A stretch of 64,000 nucleotides of DNA from Azolla caroliniana (lineage: Eukaryota; Plantae; Polypodiophyta), in contig JBHGNT010000002.1 in NCBI GenBank assembly GCA_043228905.1, forward strand, positions 21,204,001-21,268,000. Direction: 5' to 3'. The notes below the pieces were generated by a model. The model was not told where the DNA came from and made no database searches. It worked only from the letters and a program-made list of their open reading frames with translations. Each line of letters opens with the position of its first letter. Position 1 is the stretch's first letter. Below, one piece after another: positions 38,833 to 50,712 of the stretch. Made by a program: the position numbers and the translations under genes.

Positions 38833-40330
38833 AACACGTTCGCGTTCAGAAGTGGAAGGATCGTGCATTCCACTTTTAGATTCTTTTTATAATTGTGCAA
38901 ATTTATGCAGTATATAGAAACTTGTTACACTAGTATCACATGTTTGTCAACCCATATAGAATTTGCTAAATTATTAATAGTTAACAAGTTTTAAAGTAAA
39001 CAACATGTATTCTTTGAATATTTATAAAGTTGATGATCTCTGAACACAAAATTTAATTAAAATTAAGAATATGACAATTGTTTATTCAATTGAAATGCTA
39101 TATTATGTAATATGCAAAGTTGGTTGAAATATTGAGAAAATCATGACCTCTAGACATAAAATGTAATTAAATTACAAGTTATGAACATGGTGTATACAAC
39201 ATTTGATAGCTATAGTTAGTGATTATGCATTATGCACTCTAATACTTAGTGAATGTGTCCCGATATAATACCTTACCCTAATGTTAGTAAGAAAGATGAA
39301 AATCAAACATATGGACACTATGGACATAAAGTCCATGTTAAATATCATCTAGAGTTTCCCCGATACACACACATGAATGAGGACACCCATACACACGTAT
39401 CATATAATGGATACACCTGGAGACTCATTATGGTCACACCCAAAAGTAAGATGGGTTTGAAATGTAGAAAATATTCGATGATCAAAAGTGAAGCTTAGAT
39501 TAAAACGATTATAACATGTACGTCAATTAAAACATGTAGCTTAGTAAAGCTTAGTAATGTTATAATGTCGATTAATACATGTCGCTCAAGCTATAACGTT
39601 GATAGCAACTACACAAATGTAACAATATAAACAATTAAAGAAACAATATAAACAATGATACACATAAATTTTAAAGAAACAATATAAACATTGGTACACA
39701 TAAATTTTAAAGAAACAATAAAAACATGGAATCAAACTTTGATTACAATGCTTTTGATAAAATACAAAATTCATTACAATGCTATAAGGTTATCTTTATC
39801 ATTCTCTTTGTCTTCCTTTTGAGAACTGTCCTCAGAATTCTATGTATCGGCATCCACTCCAGATAGGTTGGCTATCGTGGGGTCCTCCAGAAACTCATCA
39901 TCTAGCTCTATAAGCTCCCCAGGTTCACCAACCAAGGGAGGAATAGGCTCACGAGAGGCAGCTTGAAACCGTTCCGTATCTGCGATATGCTTTGCCCCTA
40001 CCGTTCCGTATCGTCCACATCGAACGCCTTCATTAAGCGCCAATCCTTTTGTTTCTGTGCTCTTTCAAGATGGGCAAGAAAGGAAGCTGAAAAATCATGT
40101 ATGACTTTGACTTCTCCAAGCTTCTTGCTACGACATGGTTTCTATGTGAAACAACAAAAGAAGTAACTCATACATTCTTCAAATATGTAATAAACTTGAA
40201 TGGAAAATTTCAAATATGTAATACTAACCCAATCCTTAAAAGCAATAAAATATTCCGATAGCGCCTTGTATGAAGATGTAATCGAATACTCTTGAGTCAC
40301 TTGTTCTCATGTTAATCAACCAAGTGTTTC
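38833..40330 (-). mobile_element. Truncated Sola1-like transposon (subfamily 1): MTase-side TIR plus internally deleted MTase gene
   Basis: AACACGTTCGCGTTCAGAAGTGGAAGGATCG at 38833 (preceded by AATT) matches 49828 at 30 of 31 nt. Minus strand encodes KPCRSKKLGEVK...KAFDVDD joined to VGAKHIADTERFQAASREPIPPLVGEPGELIELDDE, homologous to 57274-57410 and 58340-58500. Confidence 0.9.
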
Positions 40331-40436
40331 AGGCTAGGAACATGGTCTACCCTCAGTCCTTCGGGGTATGTATCAAGGTGATCGTAGTACAAGGTAGGAA
40401 TTTGCGTAGCGCGTGGAACGTAGTGACTTAGAGTGT

Positions 40437-40706
40437 TGTCGCGAAAATACGATGAGGATACGTGAACTTGAGGTAGGACCCCAAGGCCTCCGACCAAAGG
40501 ATATCAGTTTCGTGCATTTATACTTTTAACAATTAACGGAAATGAGAAAATTTAGTAATTTTTCATTAGTAAAGGAAAAGAAAATTACAATATTTTCTCA
40601 TTTCCGTTAATTGTTAAAAGTATAAACACATGAATATGATATCCTTTGGTCGGAGGCCCCGGGGTCTTGCCTCAAGTTCACATACGCTCGTCATATTTTC
40701 GCAACA
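40437..40706. repeat. Two gypsy LTR 3' ends fused back-to-back (inverted repeat)
   Basis: 40437-40553 is the reverse complement of about 40593-40706; both match the LTR end at 4190-4336. Confidence 0.85.
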
Positions 40707-40756
40707 TCTTTGGTAAACCTGACGTGAAACGAGGCGGCAGGAGGATATCAAGTGCG

Positions 40757-43700
40757 ATGATGGCTTTGACAAGTGGAACTCAAGGAGAGGAATTAACGGA
40801 AGGTATGGTGTCCATCGTGGAATACATGCTGAAGGTGAGAGATCGGGAGGCTTTAATTGACAAAGCTATTGATTGAACAGTCGAGATAATTGGACGTTTT
40901 GGTGGCAAGAACATCATGGATATCCTTGCTACCTATCAGAACGAGATGCATCAGAGGGATGTCAACGATCTCAAACAAATTTCTAGCTTTAAACGTGTGG
41001 TGGAACCAGGGCTCCGTGAGTGCATCATGGAGATTCAAAACGAGCACACAACTTGGGTGGAGTTCGGAATGGTGCTTCTTACTGAATACATGCTTGAAGA
41101 TGCGTCAAGGATGACTCGACATACATAATGATTTGGATTGAGAAGAAAGGGAAGAATCTGTGTGCGTCGGGAGTATATGCAGAATTTGACCAAAAATACG
41201 ACCGACTTCCGAGTGTGGATCAACGAGTTCTCAAAGGAGATAAAGCCCTGTTGTTCCTGAAGGTGGTGGATATGAAAGACCGGCGAGAATTGGGCAGCCT
41301 TTTGGAGGATGAAACACAACCAAATGGCTTGGTAGCGGACTGGACGGTGGTGAAGAAGGCTTGTAGCCATCTTGATAAGCATCGACAATGGCTAGAGGCG
41401 ACTGATGTGGAGAAACCACAATCGTGGAGGAAGGCGCTTACAACGATCGAGCCTAGCAAGGCGATCAACAATTTCGACAGAAAGCGATGGACGAATCTAT
41501 AATCGAAGAGCTCTCCAAGAAGTTTGAAGCGGTATCTCTAGCCAACTTAGGTCATCGCGAGCCCAAGGGAAAAGAAGCGTTTAGATGTGTGTGGTGTGAC
41601 AACTTTGAGCACTCACGAAGGGAATGCACTTACTTACAAGATGCGATTTGCAAGAATGTCGTCTATTTGGACGGCAACATGATCCACGCGAGTGAGACCC
41701 AGAAGCCACTACGAGTGAACTTCGAAAGAGGCGGGCTGAAAAAAATTGTGGAAGAGGAAGACGCAAGGCATGTGGAAGTTATGCACTATGCTGCATCGGC
41801 CAAGATACGAGTTGGATGAGAGAATCTTAAAATGATCAAGCCAGGACCTGGGTTTTGGCCGATGGTCTTCGAGTGCGAGAAAAAAGGCAAAATTGATTCG
41901 GAGGATCTAAAACTTGCTGATCGGAACGTGTGACGAGTTACTAGATGGTCAGATCCAGTCGACGATAACACAAGCTTTGCGACAAGTATGGAGCTCTTGT
42001 CAAAGAAAAGAGGAAAACAACTGGAGAAGAAGATGGCACATCAAAGCATCCCAATAAGAAGTAAGCAGGGAAAGAAGGGCCAGCCCAACCTATGCCATGA
42101 AGAGAGGTTGGAGAAGCAAGGATGAAGCCTGGTGAATCAGCGAAGAAAGAACAAGAACGAGTGGCACCGACTCACAAGCTAAGGTAGGACATAGAACAAA
42201 CAACTGACTTGCGGAAGGTCCTTGAGGAGAAGGTTTTAGACAGTCATGTCAACCTTACTTTGAGAGAACTACTTGGGATCGCGAAGGAGTTCCATGATAC
42301 TATTGTGGACCTTATTAAGTGGAAGTGGCAACAATCTGATGAAGAGGAGGTGAAAACAAGTGCCATAACCATGGCAAGATCGGAAGAGGAGGAGGAAGAA
42401 GAAGTGGTGGCAGATAGCCATTACTCTCGACCTCATTGGGCAAGAGCGACAACTGAGATGCCGGTGAAGTTCGGGAGAAGAAAGAGACCGTGGTGGCCTT
42501 GATTGAACATGGCTCGGAGATCAACCTCATGTCGACCGAGTTCTACAAGAAAGGAAGATGACCGATTAATACAAACCACGGATGGCAGATTTGAGCGGCA
42601 ACGAAGGCCACAGGGACTTGTACGGAGCTTGCCCCAATGTTAAAGTCACCATTGGAGATGTGGAGATTGATCAACACTTCTTTGTGCAAGACTCCGCTTC
42701 GCATCCTGTCATGCAAGGACAACTGTATATAACATCGTTCCAGATGGAGACCAAGGTGTTCGATAATGGAGTAGCCTTTGTGCGAGTCAAGAGTCTTGAT
42801 AGTAAAAGATTTCTTCAATTCCTGATGGTGTGAGCTAATCACGAAAGGAACAGAGGTAGCCTTGGAGGTGAATCCTCATATATTTAAAGCGGACTTTTGA
42901 AGCATGGGGCACAAATAGTCCGAGCAATCATAAGTCCCCACAAGGAAGCAGAGAATGTGGATTGCAAGGAGAAGCAACATGCGTCACACCTAGCGGCGCA
43001 TGTAAACTAACACTACTCAACCAGAAGGACAAGCGTTGGATACAAGACTTCAAGAAGGTGCTGAAAGAAGAAAGCATACTCGAAGAAGAAGAATTCATGT
43101 CTCATATTTTGGGGGAAGCCTCATTTAACGACACCATCAGCGAAATCGAGGAAGTCGTCGACTTGAGCTATCCTCACGATCAACATGTGATTTCGTCGGT
43201 TAACTCTGTCAACATGTATGCTACCATCGATGAATATCATTGCGGCATCTTGATGGAGGAAGTTGAAGTCAACACAAAATATAAAACGGTGGATAGGAAG
43301 ATGATGTCGAACACGAGTGTATAATGGCTGTATTCACACTATCCCTTTGGACAACCCAAGTTTGGGTTATTTCTGTAAATAGGATAAAGGGCAGTTGCCC
43401 TAGGATAGTCACTATATAAAGTGACTTTGTAACCTTTAGTGAAGGTTGTTGTTGTCATTTTGTAACTGTTGCTATTAAGAAATAAACCGTTTCTTTGTGC
43501 CTATCTCTCTTTGTATGTGTGTGTGTGTATCTTGTTCCTTCGCATACACAGGTTCTTCACCATCCCGGATGTTGTTTGTTCTTCCGCACTGACGACCTTG
43601 TTCCCCAACATTTGGTATCAGATTGTTGGAGGTTCTTCAACCCGCTGTCGGCCGTCATAGTACACCACACAACATTTTGTAACTTCTTGAAGAACAAAGA

Positions 43701-46700
43701 ACAGAGAAGTCTGCATCTCACTGTGTTAAATCACTAATTGGAGTAAGCTAGCCGGCTGTACTCTGTTTCTGTGATTCTAACCACTTGAGGTGAGCTCCTT
43801 GTGAAACACCCGACCCAATCGTGCTTCATCTGGTTAAACAACATCCGAATAGGTCACCAGACGCTATTCACCCGTTGTAGATTGGTCTCCAGGCAACAAC
43901 CAAATTCGTGCTTCATTTGGCTGATTGACATTCAGGAGGATCAGTTGGATCCGTCCCTCTCATCGTTGCAGTCATCCGAAGTAGAATCGGCTTAAACAAT
44001 CGGTTTCTTGTAATCGGTATTCGGCATACAATCAGAAGCTAACCGGGCTCACTCTGACTCGGCAACATTCGGGAAGACCAGCCGGTTCTGTCCCTAAAGT
44101 TACCAGAGTCACTCCGAGCAAGTTCAGCAACAAGTATCCGAAACCAAACCGACTCGGGTTCAAAACCGACTAGAACGATATCGGGTGAGCCGACCAGCTG
44201 CAACCCACTAAGGTTCCTAGTCAACTCCGTACAGAGTCTTACCAACCGATGCCGAATCAGATGGCATCAACATCCGGCTCATCGGAGATGAGTCTAAGGA
44301 GGTTCGACAGTTCGAGCTTCAACTTCTGGAAGGAACATATGTAGGATTATCTCATAGTCAAGGGTCAGATAGAACCGATTGAGAATGAAAATTCTCCAAA
44401 AGCAGGCAAGGCAAACGAGTGGCTAAAGCTAGACAGAATCGTCCACGCCACGATTCAGATGCACTTCTCGGAGTCAGTGTACTTCACAGTGCAATCATGC
44501 ACGACAAATTTTGAGCTTTGGAAAACACTGTCGGAAACTTATGAAAAAATGTCGTCGCAACGATGATGTATCTGATCCAGCACCTCTACAATTTGTAGAG
44601 GAAAGAATCCGATTCGGTTCAGGCACACTTCAACGAGTACGAAAGCCTAAGCTCCCAAATATCTTCTCAGGGGACGACAATAGAGGATGAACTCAAAGCA
44701 ATGATACTCATGAGCAGTCTCCCCTCTTCTTGGGAAACTTTCATCACAACCGTGTGCAATGCTTCAACAACTGCCATTAAGTACTCCGAAATCACGAGCG
44801 CAATCCTAATTGAAGCATCTCGGAGAAAGTCTTTCGCCAAAGACTCGGCAGATGAAGCTTACGTAGTAGAAGGTTCGACTGACTGATCGAACAATCGGGG
44901 AAGAAGCTCTTCCCAACCGCCGAACAATCAGCGAAGCCGGAGCAAGTCCTGGAACAATCGAATCTGCAACTATTGCAAGAAACCGGGACGCATCAAAGCT
45001 GACTGCCGGGCACTCAAAGCAAAAACCGACAAAGCTCAGAGAGCAGATCAAAAGAGTAGTCGGCCTGAGGAGGTCAACTATGTAGGCTCTTCAGCCGAAA
45101 TTTTGACATACTGTCCATAGAGAACCCAGTCGAATCAGAAGTTCTGCTTATGATTGAGGAATCGAGCACATGGCTCCTGGACTCGGGCGCATCGTATCAT
45201 GTGACACCTCACCGATCTCAGTTTCGGCAATACTTGAACCAGCACTCCAACTCAGTTCAAGTTGGGAGCTCGCAACACTGTGCCATAATCAGAATCGGCA
45301 TCGTAGAGCTCAACCTTCTGGGTGGCTCTACACTCGTACTACACAACATCCAACACATTCCTGAGCTTTCAAGTCCCTTGATCTCAGTCGGACAACTTGA
45401 TGAAGCCGGCATCCGTGCCAGGTTCTCATCAGGAGGGTGGACACTCCACAAAGGGAACCTCCTGCTTGCTCGAGGACCAAAGGTACATTCCTTGTACCCT
45501 TTATATGTCACACTCAAAGAGGGTGACCTATTTTTGGTTGATATCCCCCTGTCATCGTTATGGCACGGACGACTTGGACACCTCAGCAAGGTCGGCATAA
45601 CGCACCTATCCAGAGCCGGTTACATCCCCAAACTCTCCTTCTCGGATCACCAATTCTATGAGCATTGCCAATACGGAAAACAGGTAGCCGCATCACACCC
45701 AACATCAGCACCAAGAGAATCGAGTCCCCTCGATTTGGTCCATTCGGATGTCTCTGGCCTGATGCCACATCAATCTCTCAGCGGTACTTCGTACTTCGTC
45801 AGTTTTATTGACGACTCGACTCGGAAGGTGTGGGCTTACCCCATTAGAACCAAAGATCGGGTGTTCTCGATCTTCTCCGAATGGCTTGCAATGGTAAAAA
45901 ATCAGACCTGTCAGAAACTAAAATGTCTTCGAACTGATAATGGAGGAGAATTCAAGTCTGATGAATTCGTCAAATTTTTCCGGGAACGCGGCATTCGACG
46001 TGAATATACGGCACCCTAGAGTCCGGAATAGAACAGAATTCTTGAACGCATGAATCAGACGATTCAAGAACGCATACTATCCGGACTGTCGAATGGCTTC
46101 TGGGTGGAGGCTCTACTTATGACACACATAATAAATATGTCGCCAAGTAGACCTCTAGGACTTAAAATACCTCAGGAAACATGGACCGGCAGTAAGCTGA
46201 ATTATGACAAGCTGAGGATTTTTGGCTACGAGGCGTATGCCCTCATACCGAAAGACGACCACCGGAAACTCGAACCAAGATCAAGGAAATGCGTTTTCCT
46301 TGGATATGGACCCGACGGCGAGATCGGATACCGACTATGGGACCCCAAGCACAAACAAATCGTCCGAAGTTCGGATGTCGTGTTCAACGAGTCGGCTATG
46401 CAAAAAACGGCCGAAAGGCCTATTGAATTCCGAAGGGTAATATTTTCCGAAGTGCCAACCCTTCATGAAGACCCAACCCACAACACGAGATCGGTTTCAC
46501 GGGTAACTGACTCCTCTTGTCCTGAATCCACCGATTCAGCACAGTCGAATGGCTCAGCTTCCGACTATCCGACACCTATACCTGGTGCGACCAGTCCAAT
46601 AATAGCTCAAATATCTGAGAGACTGTCGCAACCTCCGGAGAGGTACTCTCCCGGAATCTTCTTTACCGACGCCGGCGAATCAACGTCTTATGAAGAAGAA

Positions 46701-49700
46701 GCGGCATCTGTTGACTCAGTCACCTGGCATCTGGCGATGGAGTCGAAAATGCACTCCATTCGCGCAAACAAGACTTGGGACTTGGTCGAATTACCAAAGA
46801 ATCTACGTGCTCTTCCGTGTAAGTGGGTCTATCGACTAAAAGAGACGTCCAACTCGACCAACCCAAACTACAAGGCTAGATTACTTGCGAAGGGATTTCG
46901 ACAAGAATATGGCGTCGACTTCGACGAAATCTTTTCACAAGTGGTGAAAATGACCACTCTTCGTTTCATGCTCGGCGTCGTGGCCGCCGACAACTTGGAG
47001 CTGATTCAACTAGATGTAAAAACGGCATTAGTCCACGGTGAACCACAGGAAGAAATCTATTTGGAGCAGCCGAAAGGCTTTGTGGCATCCAGCCAGGAAC
47101 ATCTAGTCTGCCTACTCAGGAAAAATTTATACAGCCTGAAACAGGTACCTCGACAGTGGTACAAGAAGTTCGACGACTTCATTCAATCGGTCGGCTTTTC
47201 CAAGAGCGATGAGGACCACTGTCTCTTCACCAAAACAGCTCAAGACGGGTCTCCTGTCTTCCTCATCATTAACGTGGATGACATGCTACTCTCCAGCCAA
47301 CATGCCGAAGAGCTCACCAAACTTGTTCGGAAACTGTGGTTGAAGTTTGCCATGAAGAACCTCAGTCTGGCAAGACACATACTTCGTATGAAGATTAGTC
47401 GGCATCGCGATACACGACAACTTTTCTTGTCTCAAACCGACTACATAAGACGTGTCTTGGAACGCATCAACATGCACTCGGCCAAGTCTGCTTCGATCCC
47501 GCTCCCCATTAACCTTCGGTTGTCTTAGCGAGACTGCCCGACATCCGGTCCGGAGGGGGAAGATATGAAGTCGGTACCGTATGCACGGGCAGTCGACTCC
47601 CTTATGTACGCGATGGTCATGACACGGCCTGGTATCTCTCACGCCATAGGAGTCGTCAGTAGATTCATGCACAACCCAGGCCGATCACACTGGAATGCAA
47701 TCAAGCATGTGTTCAGATATCTAGCGGGCACAAAAGAGCACGACATTCTTTTTGGCCCGAACTCAACCTCAGGCGTAATCGGTTACACCGACTCGGACTT
47801 CACCGACTGCGTGGATAGTCGGAAATCAACAACCGGATATTGTTTCAAATTCGGCAATGGAGCAATCTCATGGAAGTCGAAACTTTAGGAGTGCACAACC
47901 ACCTCAACGACTGAAGCGGAATATGTAGCTGCGTCCAATGTGGCAAAAGAAGCTTTATGGCTCGGTTGGCTGGCGCACACGTTTCGACAAGTCGACCTCG
48001 ACTCGGCTCCAATTGTCTACAATGATAGTCAGGGTCCTGTTGCTTTGTCAAAAAATCCGGTTCGCCAGAACGCCTCCAAACATATCGACATTTGATATCA
48101 CTTTGTTTGGGACTGCGTCATTTTAGGGAAAATCGGTCTCGAGAAGATATCCACAACCAATAATGTTGTAGATGGAATGACCAAGTGCCTTTCGGCAGAT
48201 CGCTTCTAGTCCCTTCGGCACCAGATGGGCGTAACAAAAAATCAGTCCGGTCAAAGTCGGACACACAACACAGAATGGTTTCGGACAACCGACATCGGTC
48301 CCTTGACGATCGGCTTCAGCTTTTCCGACCCGACCAGTTCGGTCTTCTGTCTTCAGATCTTGCCGACTCGAACAAAACCGATCTGTCCGATAAACCTTGT
48401 ATATACCTGTAATTTAAGATAACCCATGTATACGTCCATTATGGGGGAGTATCGAATACGAGTGTATAATGGCCTTATTCAAACTATCCCTTTGGACAGC
48501 TCAAGTTTGGGCTATTTCTGTAAATAGCATAAAGGGCAGTTGCCCTAGGATAGTCACTATATAAAGTGACTTTGTAACCTTTAGTGAAGGTTGTTGTTGT
48601 CCTTTTGTAACTGTTGCTATTAAGAAATAAACAGTTTCTTTGTGCCTATCTCTGTGTGTGAGTGTGTATCTTGTTCATTCGCATACACAGGTTCTTCACC
48701 ATCCCGGATGTTGTTTGTTCTTCCGCACTGACGACCTTGTTCCCCAATAGATGAAGCCAGTTGCAGTTCTGCTACCGAAAGATAACTGGCAAAAGACGAA
48801 GGAAGTTGCAAGAGATCCAAGCTTAAGGAATCCAAAGACAATAGGTCACGTCTTCACTGAAGAGACGAAAGGAAATCTATGAGTTGGAAGGGAGGATTTC
48901 CTCCCCCGTGAAGTGGAGCGAATGTTCCGCGGAATGCTTGAAAGACATGGGAAGGCTTTCGCATTTTTCCCACAGGAAATCGGATGTGCTAATCCAAGGA
49001 CGGTAGAACCAATGGTGATCTTCACGGTTCCGCATGTGCATTGGATTTTGAAACCAATATCGGTTCCCAGAGCACACCTACCGAAGTTGATTGAGCTCTT
49101 AAAGGAGAAGGTGAATATGGAAATTCTGGAACCATTGAATGCTCCTTATTCTAATTGGTGGTTCACGGTACCGAAGAAGAATGGATCATTGCGATTCATC
49201 CAAGATCTTCAACGTATCAACAAGGTGACAATTCGGAATGCTGGAATTGGTCTGAGTGTGGATGAATTTGCTGAGGCGTTTGCGGGCTGGTTCATCTACT
49301 CCATTGGAGATCTCTACTTTGGATACGATCAATTCCAGTTGGCGATCGATAATTGTGACATTACAACCATGAGGAATCCGATCGGGCTTGTGCGGATGTG
49401 TACCTTACCTCAAGGTGCAACAAACTTGGTGGCTCATATGGTGAATGCCATGAACAAGGTCTTGAAGGATTGCATCCCGGGCATCACGATGCCATTCTTG
49501 GATGACAATCCGATAAAAGGATGTTCGGATGAGGAGAAGGATGAATCGAAATATAAGGATAGATGCAGAAAGTTCATCATGGATCATATAAAAGATTGCG
49601 AGAAGGTGCTCCAAAGGCTCAAAGATGCGAATTTGACATTTTCGGGAGAAAAGTCCGCATTCGGGCAACTTGAGATCTTGGTGGTAGGTCACTTGTGTGG

Positions 49701-49827
49701 AGCATACGGTCAGAAGCCTTCACCATCCAAGGTGAATGCGATCCAAGACATGAAAGAAGAATGCGTAACCCAAACGGAGGTTCGAAGGTTCCTTGGAGCA
49801 TGCACGTTTTATCATATTTGGATTCCA
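40757..49827 (+). pseudogene. Ty3/gypsy gag-pol, copy C (5' part), interrupted by copia 43305-48749 and cut at 49827 by the DNA transposon
   Basis: Gag knuckle CVWCDNFEHSRREC, HWARATTE, protease, RT ORF 48913-49827 (FLDD). 48780-49827 closely parallels 1-760. Confidence 0.92.
43305..48749 (+). mobile_element. Full-length Ty1/copia retrotransposon with 5-bp TSD GATGA
   Basis: LTRs 43305-43610 and 48450-48749; PBS TGGTATCAGA at 43613; PPT ATGGGGGAG at 48441; TSD at 43300-43304 and 48750-48754. Protease WLLDSGAS, integrase, RT (QLDVKTA, NVDDML), RNase H; several stops. Confidence 0.96.
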
Positions 49828-50712
49828 AACACGTTCGCGTTCACAAGTGGAAGGATCGCACATAAATGGAAGGATAAGGAAAATTTTGGTTGATTTGAGG
49901 GCTTTTTCAATGATTTTACAAAACACATTGATACCAATATCATACATGTTCAAACATACTACGAAAAAGGTTAAAAATCCACTATTTTTGTGATTTAGAA
50001 GTAACTAAAAAAAGAGGAATTTCAAAAAGTTACATTCTCAATTTATATCACAAACTTTACAACCAATGTTATTTTATAAGAAACGATTTTTTAGAAATCA
50101 TAAGAATTCAAAACACATGCTTTTATATTACTTGATTTGTTACAAGTGGAATGTAGTTACACTTAACACCCAAATTGGATGTGATGTCATCCAATACGAA
50201 TTGTGCAACTGGTCGAAGAAATCAAGAGTGTCTTCATTGCAGCCATGTTGGAAGCAATCTTTGATGATCCTGAATCTATCATGATATTTTTGGCCTGTAT
50301 GTTATCATCAAGATTCACTTCTTCAATATGCCTGACATTGCCACCACTCTCAATCTTCAAATCGGTAAGCAGGTCAATATATTACCAGGACGACCATCAA
50401 TAAAGGAACAGAGATTTATGATGACATTCTGAAGAAGGACATGTTGGAGGGATAAACTAAATATCACTATGTATGTGAAATGTGGAATGTGGGATAGGTC
50501 TTAAGAATTCGTTGATGAGCTTTTAGTTGGAATGTAGTCTCAAGAGCCCACTGTGGGCTGCATGAGTGTTCGATCGTTTGTTAGTTAATTATGTTGAGTT
50601 TTTTTAATACTGGACTGTTTTGTTGTATATTGCATTTGGCCACTTTATTTAATACCAATGGAGGATATTTTTATGGGGAAAAATACCCAAAAATATATTC
50701 ATGATCATTCCT

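Noticed and set aside
38833-49860. TIRs at 38833 and 49828 as two ends of one element
   Set aside because: They are in direct orientation and each is linked to its own, diverged MTase C-terminus; separate copies.
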